DNA from: Tubulanus polymorphus
Taxonomy: Eukaryota > Animalia > Nemertea
Direction of reading: 5' to 3'
Assembly (NCBI RefSeq): GCF_964204645.1
Contig: NC_134032.1
Location: 992,001-1,056,000, forward strand
DNA: 64,000 nt
Below the pieces are notes generated by a model. The model made no database searches, was not told where the DNA came from, and worked only from the letters and a program-made list of their open reading frames with translations. Position 1 is the stretch's first letter. Each line of letters begins with the position of its first letter. Shown in pieces: positions 48,438-60,777 of this stretch. A program made the translations under genes and the position numbers.

Positions 48438-51400
48438 AATGAGAAGTTTGTAATCAACTACGCGCAGGGGCCATTTCACTATTTGGGGTGTGAGTCATTC
48501 AGTACCGGGGTTCCGTTCTAGGGACAATGGAATAATGTTGTTAAGTATTTTCTAAGAAGTACTACGTGTGATAAAAGTTTTTATTTTTCTTGCACATAAA
48601 GCTGTACTTACACTACTATAATCCACTTTCATTATCACATATGCTAATTTATTCATTTTATTTCACAAAATGCTAGAAAATACTTATTAACATGATTTAT
48701 TTTTCTCGTTCCGTTCCGGGAAATACAGTTTCACTAGGGGTAAATGTAATTTGCGGAACAGAAGCAACACTACTAAAATCCACTTTCATTGTATTGTTTA
48801 TTTCACAGCACTACATAAAAAAATACTTATTAATACATACCATTTAATCTATATTCCGCTCTCTTCCGGGAAGTACAGTTTTACTAGAGGTAGCTGAACT
48901 TTGCGGAATGGAATGGAACACCTACTAAAATTCACTTTCATTATCACATATGCTGATTTATTCGTTTTTGTTAGACATAATGCTAGAAAATACTTATTGA
49001 ATATATATTAGAAAATACTAACGGTCTGTTACGGATTTCACGGCGAAACAATCAGTAAAAAAATTACGGTTAATTTTACGTTTTTTGGTTTACCTTTGTC
49101 AGCGATATGATGTTGGCATTGAGCCAATTCATGTAAAATCGCGGTACGTTTTTTTATGTAAGCATTTGTTTCATTGGTTCTTGGCTTAAAAGACGTATAA
49201 TCGATGCGATTGAAGACATGGCGAACCTCCGTCGATGACATGGTCAACTGAGTTAAAATTCTACGAAAAACTGTTTTTGGCGGGAAAATTCTTAGCTCTC
49301 GCGTATAACATTGCAATGACCTCGATTGGGGGGGCGTTGTCTCTACGAACAAATGGGATTGTTTTTTGGATATACGGGGAATTCCGGCGCTACTAAAATT
49401 ATGGGAAAGCCATAGAATGGTGTACGTTTCATTGGACTAGGTGCCGTATACGTGCCGATTTCAAATGCTCATTGCTGGTGAGGATGTAATTATTTCACTC
49501 ATCTGCCATAGGTATTGTTTCATTTTAATACCCGGTGATTGTTTTGATTGACATTGAGGTGTAAGCGAATATTCACTTACACGAGGCCTCCACATGCACG
49601 CGGAGTGCTACACCACACACACACACACACACACACACAAGCTCGTACAGTACACTACGGTGATGCTGTAACGCGTGAACGTTTGATATGAAAATAGGCT
49701 GAATAATCATAGCAGAAGATGAGCGCTGTGTTTTCTGTTCGATAGAATTTGTAATAAATTGTAATTTCTTGTGACCTGAAAATACTAAGCAGCAAACTAA
49801 AAGGTCTGTCGAGGTCTGAATATTGTAGTGGTAAATTCCAGGACTTAAAACGATCTAATAGCCGATTTCTTCTGTACGACCGATATTTTAGCTTCCGTGG
49901 CCAACATTGGAAGAGGTTTCCAAGACCCAATATTCAGCCACCCTCTGATATGTGATGAATTTTAGGCCATCCCAAAATAATGGTCTGTTTGCCGTAACCC
50001 GACCAACCTGACTTCAGAGGTACCGAGTGAAAACTTTTTTCTAGGATTCATTGAAATAAATTTTATTTTTGATAAAAACAGCCGACCGACTATGAGCTAC
50101 GTATGTTTGAATTCTAGTGTGCATGGTGTGAAAACATGCCTTGACATGTGGCCTAGTTTAAGTTTCCAGGAAACTGGCAGTGTTCCAATAAGCTGCCATT
50201 CATTCTAATAGTGACTAAAGTGACTGAATAGCTGGTAACGTGAAAGCGCGCACATATTCAATGTACCGTTTCATTTTTAAGACAGAGATGACGCTCTGGA
50301 CGAAGTTATAATTTTAGAATAATTCTTGAAATCTACGCTATTAGACAAATTTCCTGTGCGCAACGTAGATGATTTTTTGCGATATTGTTTCCATGTAAAA
50401 AAGCCCAAAGGTGAAAAATGTGTTTTTTTTTTGCCCAAAAATTTTGCAAAAAAAAAATTCTACCTACCTACCGACTCATCCTGAAAAGTTGAGTCGGTGT
50501 TGCAGCAAACAGACAATTATTTTGGGATGGCCTTATTTGAATATTTTTTCATATCATATTAAACATATTTTTTTGAAAATATAAAATAGTTTCCCTGCCG
50601 TGCCTACCTGTACCCTACAAACTTTTAGACGTGGACCGCAAACAAATGTATATCTTTGGTCTTATTTGACTACAAAATAATTCTTTAGGAAAGATAAAAT
50701 ACAATATAAACTGTGGATCTTTGAAGTCACGAATTAAAAAGATTTTTCAAGCAATGCCCTTACTCCAAACAACCTCTAGCTTTCAAGGTAAACCACACTT
50801 TGCCCATGGGCAATTTATTTTACTTTATTTTTCAACTGTGTCGAAAATGGCGGCGATACAACGACAATGACGCCCTCTATCCGGCGTACTTATTACAGAA
50901 ATATAACAAACTAGATCAAGAGTCTGTAACACACTCTAACACTTTTAATTTTCCTTGTTCCTTGAAAGTACAGTTTTACTAGGGGTAACTGTACTTTGCG
51001 GAACGGAAGAAACACCTACTAAAATCCACTTTCATTATCTTGTTTATTGCACAGCACTACATAAAAAACTTATTTACACTTATTAATATTCAATCTATAT
51101 TCCGTTCTGTTCCGGGAAGTACAGTTTCACTAGGGGTAACTGTGCTTTGCGGAACGGAATGGAACACTACTAAAATCCACTTTCATTATCGCATATGCTG
51201 ATTTATTTGTTAGACGTAACGCTAGAAAATGAATACTTTATTAATACTATTGATTTTACTTGTTCTGTTCCGTTCCGGAAAGTACAATTTCACCGGGGGT
51301 AAACTGTACTTTGCGGAACGGAAGGAACACCTACTTAAATCCACTTTCATCATCTTGTTTATTACACAAAGGATCACATAAAAATACTTATTAATATCAT

Positions 51401-51803
51401 TTTTTTTTTCTTGTTCCGTTCCGGAAAATACAGTTTCGCTAGGGGTAACTGTACTTGGCGGAACGGAACAGAACGCTCCTAAAATCCACTTTCATTATCT
51501 TGTTGATGACACAAAGCACTACATAGAAAATACTTATTGATATCATTTGATTTTTCCTTCTTCCATTTCATTCTGGAGAATACAGTTTCAGGGTTATTGT
51601 AATTTGCGGAACGGAACACCTACTAAAATCCACTTTCATCATAACATCCTGATTTGTTCATTTTAATAACATATGATACTACTTAGAAAATAATTATCAT
51701 CATCAGGATTCCGTCGTTCTTGGAACGGAACCCTAGTACCGAATGTTTTACATCCCAAACGGTGAAATGGCCCCTGCGTGTAGTTGATTCCAAACCTCTC
51801 ATT
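48438..51803. mobile_element. ~3.4-kb TIR element with internal ~160-bp hairpin subrepeats and nested insertions
   Basis: ~100-bp imperfect TIR (AATCAACTAC(G/A)CGCAGGGGCCATTTCAC); subrepeats TTCCG...TACAGTTT...AACTGTA...CGGAA at 48.6-49.0 and 50.95-51.65 kb. Confidence 0.7.
49965..50532. mobile_element. Harbinger-like MITE
   Basis: TTA|GGCCATCCCAAAATAAT...ATTATTTTGGGATGGCC|TTA. Confidence 0.8.
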
Positions 51804-53026
51804 CGACACCTACTAATTGTAGTAACAATAGTGGTATTATCGACTGCTCTGTACTCAAATATTGTTATCATTTGAATTTGGTATAGGTCCTTGTTCAGTT
51901 CTGGTAATGAAAGTAACTCGGTCTAAAGAGGGTGCAAGGATCCGACCAGTAAGCTATATTTAATAGACCCTCAGGAAGCACTTTCTATTGACCAAATGAA
52001 AGCTCATCTCTCTATTTCAAATGACATTCCTTAATTTGTACATAGTGGGTTTTATCTTATAAACTCACCAGGGAGCCACATTGACAGGAGTGTCAACGCT
52101 CTCAGTCTCTTCTCTGACTTCAATGGTTTCCTTTTCAAATATCTCGACCCGCCCAAGCTCACCGAATGATAATCTTGATGGCAGTGGCGCCTTTTGCAGG
52201 TTTTCAGTGTTGTTGTGGTTCGTTCCATAAATGACTTAAGAGACTGGACATAAAAACGTTCCCGCTCAGCGTAAACATATCTAAGAAATAACCATTGCAT
52301 TTCATCATTCCATTCAACTGCTCTTGCATCTGCGAATTCAGAGTTTTTGCGAGTTCTGGAAGGAGAGTAATCCTACACAGAAGTTTTGAGTCTTTCAGTT
52401 TGTTTCGTGAAAACGATCGAACAGGGCCAAAATGATCGCTGCTACCTGACGTGATAGGGTGAGAAGAAGTCGCGTACGCGTGCTCGGTTCTTTGAGAATC
52501 TTTGGGGTTGATTTACAAAATCCAGCAAATGAACCATGAGGGTTTTCTCTTTTGCAGAGTTGATGCATTCTTCTGTCGCTTCCACTGATTATCCTTCTGT
52601 TGTGACATAGGAATTTTAATCAATTTAACCACGTATCACTTTCCGCTATTACGCTATCTCCAGCTCGTGGGACAATGCCTGCTGTCTAGTATTATGGGAT
52701 AATTAAAAGCTTTCTAATAAAACCCGGAATTAGATAACGATAAATTTATAGAATAAATGCAGGGTACAAACCGTACACTGGGGGAAAACAGGGCGAGCAA
52801 CATTGGTGGCAACATCGGACGCAGCAGAGGCAGCGCAACACGTGGGGTAAGGGTAACAGGATATTGTCAGTTGTCCTTTGTTAAAGTTCATGCAATAGAA
52901 TCCTTGCATCATTTATCAACCGAAGTCGAGTCGTTGGTTATGTTTGGTCTCTGGTTTCTACATCGCCGTGCAGGACAGGAGGGGAAGTGCATACGTCACG
53001 AACAAGAACCGGTCGCACGAGAGATT

Positions 53027-53043
53027 TGGTGCCGAAACCCGGG
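53027..53043 (+). promoter_or_regulatory. Primer-binding site complementary to tRNA-Phe 3' end
   Basis: TGGTGCCGAAACCCGGG following LTR-like 52598-53024. Confidence 0.7.
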
Positions 53044-53099
53044 GCCATTTTCTTTTCGTATGTATACGGTCTTAATCTAGTAAAGTATTTAATTTCGGG

Positions 53100-54184
53100 A
53101 TGTACTTCATCCAGGTAGCTATTTGGAAAACTCAGTAGTTGTGTTAAGTAATTAGCATGTCGTTTTAGGAATATTAGGAAAAATATCGTGTTTAAGAGTG
53201 GTAACTGAAGTACTTGTATTAGTTGACATTTAATAATTTGTCTTTACAGTAATTTATACTTGCTTTTAGCGTTTCCGGTGGGATTCATTGCGTGGTTTGT
53301 TGAATCTGACAGTAAAAGGGTAGTATGTACTGGGTTATTGAGTAAAGAGATATTGATAAGCATATTAGTTATTTGTTGTCGCAGTTATTTAAGTTGTATG
53401 AGGTCGCACGTTTAAGTGGTAGTATAGAGTATAATGGATTATGAAGTTTTATATGTATGTGCTTGGAAGAAGAAGCATATTTTCAAAGAGTTTATTGCGA
53501 TGATATAGTGGTATCAATTATGAGGTTATAAAGGGTAAAATGTTCGGTATTTCAGTGGATTAATGATAAAGGATACTTTTTTGGTATCACGAAGTGAAAT
53601 GAAGTATAGTATGAAACCGTAAATGCGTTGTTGTTGTTAATCCTATAATCAGTTGCATTAATATAAGATGATAATTTACCAGCTAATTTTGTCATAAAAA
53701 CAGATGACAATTTTTCTCGGTTTTCTATATAGCTTTAATATGTTCCCCAATTAACCGCAACTTCTGATTCTGTCTCTAAACCGAACAATGAAGAAAAAAT
53801 ACTACCTAAAAATCCTAGCGCTGCCCTCTTATGCCCAAGTTTATCCGACTGTAAGGTAATAGTTAGTGGGATCATCCGTCTTACTTCACCTAACCTATCT
53901 GAAATATGTTGAAGCGATAACTTCCTCGTACGTTGTAATTTACTTATCATGGCCTTAATAGGTTTGCAAATAACATAATGTTTGTCAGCACACGATGCCG
54001 TGATAGGCGGAACTTGAGGTAAATAAATGAAGGGTATAGCAAATGTATGTGTCCAAAATGATTTTCCATCTTGAATACCTCCAATACGATGAAATGCGAC
54101 CCCATAACTCGGGCGTAATACTGTCTGTTGCTTCCCCAAAACCTCTGTCATAAATATCAAATATGCCACACATATCGTCAACAT
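53100..54184 (-). pseudogene. env-like class I fusion glycoprotein (frameshifted after the fusion peptide; 3' boundary approximate)
   Basis: ATG 54184 after acceptor TCTCTTTTCAG; signal peptide MLTICVAYLIFMTEVLG; basic site HKR followed by AALGFLGSIFSSLFGL; degraded continuation KLAGKLSSYINAT..YPLS..FTLY. Confidence 0.7.
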
Positions 54185-54221
54185 TTTCTGAAAAGAGATA
54201 ACCGATTTAACATTAATGTTT

Positions 54222-54392
54222 TCATTTCTTACGTTTTTTTGGTTGTCTGTCCCAATATTCCCGTAGAATAGCCGCTGAAAGGTTTTCACTTTTCTCCCAT
54301 GTGTTCCCCGTTGAAGGAAAATCTAACCATTTTATGCGATATTGATACTTTCCTTTCGACTTCCTATGCCTTAAAATATTTTCTACGTAATA
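54222..54392 (-). pseudogene. Integrase C-terminal chromodomain (not in ORF track)
   Basis: Hand translation: YYVENILRHRKSKGKYQYRIKWLDFPSTGNTWEKSENLSAAILREYWDRQPKKRKK*. Confidence 0.85.
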
Positions 54393-54686
54393 AATTTGTT
54401 CTGATATTTCGTTATCTTTGATTTCTACTGCGCTGTTTTTTCCTGTGTCCGTTCCTAGATCATTTATGCCTTCATTGATAACATCTCGAGTAAGCCCACT
54501 GGGGGACCCACTTCCTGCGAGAGTTGGTCCAGTTTATCCTTCTTGTGAAAATTCTGTAGCACATTACCTGGGACCGGTGGTCGAAGATCCGGTCCAATAT
54601 ACCACTTCATTCTAGCGGCATGCACTGGATTAGACTTGAGTTTATTATCCCTGTCACTTACCATGTGTTTGGTCCGATTTTCTTCT

Positions 54687-55544
54687 TTACTGTCCAGGGT
54701 CACTGGCTTTGTCATACTGACTTTTCATTTTCTCTTGAGCCTTCTTTAAACGTTTTAAAGCCAATTCCTGTGCTTCTGTCATTCCTGAAATGACATCTGC
54801 AATGAAATGTTCCACGTCATGGTATTTAAAATCTGGCTTCAGTAGTGCCATATGCATCGGCAGACGTGGTTCTGGCCCATACATTAAAAAGAATGGACTA
54901 AACTGTGTTGTTTCAGTCGCATTAGAGACTCTATAAGCATAAAGCACACTGGGAATAAAAAGATCCCAATCACTATGCCTTTCATTAATATAGTAAGACA
55001 AAGAAACAACCAGTGAACCATTGAATCTCTCTACCATACCATTTGTTTGAGGCCTATACCCACTCGTTCTTGACCTTGTCGTATTAGATAATCTACACAA
55101 CTCCGACATAAGTTTTGAAAGAAAGTTTTGACCTCTATGCGAGAGGAACACTCTAGGCGGACCGTGCCGCGACATAATCTCCTCGTGCATCTTACGAGCA
55201 ATGGTTACTGCTTCTTGGTTGGGAAGTGAAAAAGCTTCCGGCCACTTGGTCATCATATCAACAAGAACAAGAATATTTTTATTACCTAGATCTGTAACTG
55301 GTAATGGACCCAATATATTCATAGCTACCATATCCCACGGGTGACGCTGTGGTATTGGTAACAACATGGCTCGAACAGGATGAGAAGGGTTTTTCCCACT
55401 TCCATAATGCTCACACGAACGTATCCAGTTCTCGACATCTTTGTATAAACCAGGCCAATAATACCTTTCTCGTATCAGATTATACGTACGCTTGATACCT
55501 AGATGTCCAGCCAAGGGGTCATAATGAGCCGCTGTCAGAATCAC
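54687..55544 (-). pseudogene. Ty3/Gypsy integrase (inactive)
   Basis: H..GHLG..YYWPG..C zinc finger; core PWDMVAMNILGPLP, FLSHRGQNF, PQTNGMVERFN; both catalytic Asp replaced (N, H). Confidence 0.92.
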
Positions 55545-58500
55545 GACACTTCAATGGGGTGAATTGTTCTTGATACCCATATAGGGCCAGTTTATGTGCC
55601 TTGTCACTCACGGCAATATCGCTTGGTGTTTCATCGTTACGCGTTGGTGTTTTATCCATTGCACTTTCACCTCGCAAGAGGAATGCATTTTCTGTTGTTT
55701 TCTTTTTCACGTGTATCAGATTTGAATGTTCAATCATTGATGGGAAAACGGCAGATATCCCCTGCCTTTTGTCGATGCAAACTGCTCTGGTGATGTCGCT
55801 CATTGATCTTGCTTGCCGCCGCAGGTTTATTTTCTTATATATTGGGAAGACAAAACCTGTTTACAATGAGGACATTTCTCAGTTTTCTTTCTTTTGCTTG
55901 TAATGTTGCACAGCTATTTGTCTTGCATTGTCGTTCTTCTCTTGCAGGAGAAACAACAGGTTGTTGTATCGGATGAGAACATTCCTCCATATGTTTTGCG
56001 AGTCGTTTTTCGGTCGTGTGCTTTGTGATCGCAGTAGTAGCGATGATAGTGGGATCGCGCCATACAGTTCTGATGACACGTAACGCTACATAATCTTGAA
56101 ATGAAAAATTAAGAAATAGTAAAGTCTACCTAATGTTGAAATGCACTCACGATTGAGCAGAACTAGATGTGGCATCTACATGGTCCCTACGACTCCCTGA
56201 TTGGTTAGTCCATGAAGACTCCTTTCTTAATCTCTGTTATCAAACAGTTGCATCCATTGTTTGGTTGTACGCAGTAACAACATGAGGGCGGTTCACGTTT
56301 AGGTGTTCTTTTTTCGACTGGTCATAACGTTGCACAAATGTTACTGGGAAAGGACCTAAATAGTTTGAAATCGTCGGGACTATTTACTCTATGCATTGCT
56401 GAACACCGGTTTTTAGTTGAATTAATTTCACTATAAAACAATCTGTTGCATCTGACACGATACAAACATTCTTGATCGAATGACCGACGATAAAAAATAA
56501 TGGCACTGTCCAATTCGCTGGGTCAGCCATGAGTGCTCATTCCCACCTATAACCACATCCTTCCTTGCCACTCCTTGCTCGAGCGCCAATAGTAAGTATA
56601 ATCTCTGCTATGTTTCCGGTTCGGATTCGGCATTTCAGGTTCACCAGTTACAACATTAAGATAATAAGAACGCTTAATGAGTGGCATCTTGCAAGAAAAC
56701 TCGTGATTTGGCCTCCCTGGAAAATCAAGTTCTTCAATCAACTTTTTGGCTATCGTTTTGTCGTTTAAAGGATGGGTCATTTTTTGTCATTGTTCAATCC
56801 TCCTTTGTTTTCGGAAAATAACAAGGCGAGCAACAATAACACAATCACAAGAATATTCAATGCTTGAAAAATGCGCTCTTTGGCGTTATCATGCATATCG
56901 GAGAATAGACAAGTTCCTGGATTTAAGTCCTGCTCGGATATTGCAGTTCTCAAACCATTATGATAAATGCGTACATGTTCCCACAACCTATTCGTTGTCA
57001 AACAAGAATCTTTCAGCCATTTTCAGTCCATTTACTAGCTCATTTGATCCGTTTATTTATATAGGTATATGAGCTTCTGTCTGATGCAATTCGCCATTGC
57101 GTCCATGTTTTCTTACTCTGGGACAAGTTACGAAATCTTTGCCCGTGTTCATCTCGATTTTAAAATTCTTAATTAATTTGTACAAAGTGGGTTTTTATCT
57201 TATACACTCGCCGGAGAGCCACATTGACAGGAGTCTCAACGCTCCCAGTCTCTTCTTTGACTTCAATGGTTTCCTTTTCAAATAATTCGACTCACCCAAG
57301 CTCACCGAATGATAATCTTGATGGCAGTAGCGCCTTTTGCAGCTTTTCAATGTTGTTGTGGTTGATGGTCTCGTTCCATAAATGGCTTATGAGACTGGAC
57401 ATAAAAACGTGCCCGCTCAACTAAAAATATCTAAGAAATAACCATTGCATTTCATCATTCCATTCAACTGCTCTTGCATCTGCGAATTCAGAGTTTTTGC
57501 GAGTTCTGGAAGGAGAGTAATCCTACACAGAAGTTTTGAGTCTTTCAGTTTGTTTCGTGAAAACGATCGAACAGGGCCAAAATGATCGCTGCTACCTGAC
57601 GTGATAGGGTGAGAAGAAGTCGTGTACGCGTGCTCGGTTCTTTGAGAATCTTTGGGGTTGATTTACAAAATCGAGCAAATGTGCCTTCTTCTTATCTGCT
57701 GAGGTGATGCACTCTTCTGTCGCTTCCACTAATTGTTCTTCAATGGGGTGAATTGTTCTTTCATTTATTCCCATGTAGGGCCAGTTTATGTGCCATGTCA
57801 CTCACGACAATGTTGCTTGGTGTTTCATTGCTCCGTGTTGACCTTTCATACCTTGCATTTTCACCTCTCAAGAGGAATTTATGTCCGTAGACAACTTGGT
57901 GAGGACAACTTGTCGATAACCAACTATGTGGGCTGCAATGCCACTTATGAGAACCAGGTCCGTAAGAGAAGAAGAGAATAAACCGGGAGAACACGTCTTT
58001 ACTGTATCAGCATCATAAGACAACTAACTTTATTTCCCCATAATATAAACTACATGTGGTCAAGTAATTACATAGATCCATCATCTTGACAGCTGCGGTT
58101 CAAAGACTACTTCAAGGAATACTTCGGCTGTTGCCGACAAACTACCTAAACCACCTAGATAAAACAATAATGGAAATATATACTTTTTATATACTTTTTA
58201 CACATACATATCCATATAAGAAATCTTTTTCTAACACCATGAATATTTTTCATATATTATTATATTACATTTAAAGCATATCACTGTGCCACATAATGTC
58301 ACAAGTTACATTTTCAGCCTGCTCATGAGTTCGATATACATCTGAGGTATCTGATTGGTTGTCGACAACAGGAGCCTTCGCACACACATTACCCATTGCC
58401 TTGGAAAGGTTTTATTATTACCAGCCGCATGTTTTGCTGTGATATATCCAATTCCATAACTTTATTGTTCCTTAATGTTATATAACATCATCGGTAGAAG

Positions 58501-59854
58501 AAAAACAATGAAGCAATACACAGTACAAAAATATATAATATACATGTATATTTTGAAAATGGTTAATTGTCATAGTTTCTCTTATTGGTACTCAATGGGG
58601 ATTTGGAATTTCATATCATTCTGCGAGTAAACAGGTTGCCTGTCTATTGAGGCTCATCTTTCTCCATCGGCAGCACCTTTCCCATGACCAGCTTCAAGGA
58701 AATTCCAGAAAACGCAATCACTTAGCGTGTAGGGGTTCCTATTTTGGAATATGCTCGGCTTTAACGATGTTTCCATCGGCCAGCTCATTCCGATATCTCG
58801 CATCCAATACCGGATTGTTTACAGTTGTAGCTACATAACTGACTGGTTTCAGATGAGCGCATTCAAATGAATGATTATTTGAGATGGCAGCTGCATGCTT
58901 TGCATCCCTACAGCTCCTAAATTCACAGAAAATTCAGAAATCTGTGTATCGGATTTGAATGTCCAATCGTTGATGTAAAAACAGCATATATCCCCTGCCT
59001 TTTGTCGCCGCAAACTGCTGTGTGGTGATGTCGCTCATTGATCTTGCTTGCCGCCGCATGTTTATTTTCTTATACACGGTAACGACAAAACCTTTTTACA
59101 ATGAGAACATTTCTCCATTTTCTTTCTTTTGCTTGTAATGTTGCACAGCTATTTGTCTTGCATTGTCGTCCTTCTCTTACAGGAGAAACAACAGGTTGAG
59201 AACATTTCTCCATATGTTTAGCGAGTCGTTTTCGGTCGTGTGCTTTATGATCGCAGTAGTAGCGACGATAGTGGGATCACGCCATACAGTTCTGATGACA
59301 CGTAACGCTATATAATCTTGAAATGAAAAATAAAGAAATATTTAGGTCTATTTAATGTTAAAATGCACTCACGATTGAGCAGAACTAGATGTGGCATCTA
59401 CAGTGTCCCTACGACTCCCTGATTGGTTAGTCCATGAAGACTCTTTTCTTAATCTCTGGTATCAAACAGTTGCATCCATTGTTTGGTTGTACGCAGTAAC
59501 AACATGAGGGCGGTTCACTCTTTTTTCGACTGGTCATAACGTTGCACAAATGTTACTGGGAAAGGACCTAAATAGTTTGAAGTCGTTGTGACTATTTACT
59601 CTATGTATTGCTGAGTTCGCGCGATTTGTTACTCACTTCATACGTCAACCTTATACATGTTAATACTGTACTGGAAATAAATTCTATATCATTTGTATCT
59701 ACAACATTGTGTTGTTTGTGATCTATCTTGGCGCGCCCGATTGTAGTTTTCTACAATTTCCGTTCATTTTGATCACTTTATCAGATTTATTGAATCCATA
59801 TCCGTTCCCGTGACAGTGCAGCCAAAATGAGAGCATTATCGTCAGAATTACACT

Positions 59855-60349
59855 ACAGTCAACCCCTGATATACCGCCCTCCCATCATCTTCACCTGTCA
59901 AGGGATTCGAACCCACTACGCTAAAGCTGTTCGCCGAACCCCTTGACCTCACGAGTCGTTGGAGTCGTTACTTGCCGACCAGAATCCGGTCGTACCAATC
60001 ACAGCGCTTGTAACAAACCGACAGTAGACTTCTGTTGGTTTTCCCGTTAAATGGACCAATCAGCGAACGTTTTACTGAACAAGGAAGTTTTCGCAAATCG
60101 ATATATGACGTCACGCGCAAGAGCGCCAGTAATGAAATCACGCTTCGTGAGGCCAGGGGGCTGGTGGAAGCGAGTTCGGGAGTGATACCTGACCCCTGGC
60201 AATCGAGGATGCCCTCCCATATACCGCCGCCCCGCCTACCGCCAGGTTTTCTCAATGTACATCTCAATTCAAATAAATAGTAAAACACCCACGATATACC
60301 GCCATAATCGTTCTGCACCGATGTGGGCGGTACGTCTGGGGTTGACTAT
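59855..60349. mobile_element. pogo/Tc1-type MITE with nested 9-bp-TSD element (59886-60211)
   Basis: TA|CAGTCAACCCC...GGGGTTGACTA termini; nested element flanked by CCCTCCCAT twice. Confidence 0.65.
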
Positions 60350-60777
60350 TATAAATTGAAGATAGGCTAAACAAAAATGATACCTTGTTTCTCCGCAGCG
60401 GCCGGGTCATTTTTGTAAAATATGATAAAATTTATAAACAGTTCATTTCTATAGCGACCAGGTCTGTTATGGTAAAATTGATCACGATTTTAAAAAAAGT
60501 AATGTATAGGGTAGATAGGCGGCCGGCCGGGTCAACATTTAAGCTCAGCAGAGCGGAGAAACAAGGTATCAATTTTTTTGGCCTAAACAAATATTGTTTA
60601 AATTAGATACGATACGACGTTTGGGTTACTTGTTATCTCTTTAGGTCACTTCCATCGATTCCACTGAACGATAAATATAAAATATCAATTTCGAAGGGAA
60701 CACGGACGGCAAATGCTCGGTTAATGCATTGAGGATTTGAGTGAAGAAAAGCCTACCCGTTCCAAGGCGCGATGAGA

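Larger units (their letters stand above)
52598..55548. mobile_element. Rearranged env-bearing Gypsy-type insertion (2951 bp)
   Basis: Termini TGTTGTGA...TCACGACA; TSD CTTC on both sides; empty site with a single CTTC in the duplicate at ~57738. Confidence 0.85.
52060..59615 (-). pseudogene. Tandemly duplicated degraded DNA-transposon relic (Sola2-like), interrupted by the Gypsy insertion
   Basis: 52060-52597 ~ 57215-57740; 55549-55680 ~ 57738-57877; 55710-56400 ~ 58945-59615. Minus-strand FWNFLEAGHGKGAADG at ~58665-58712 resembles the HGKG..DG motif I associate with Sola2. Confidence 0.5.
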
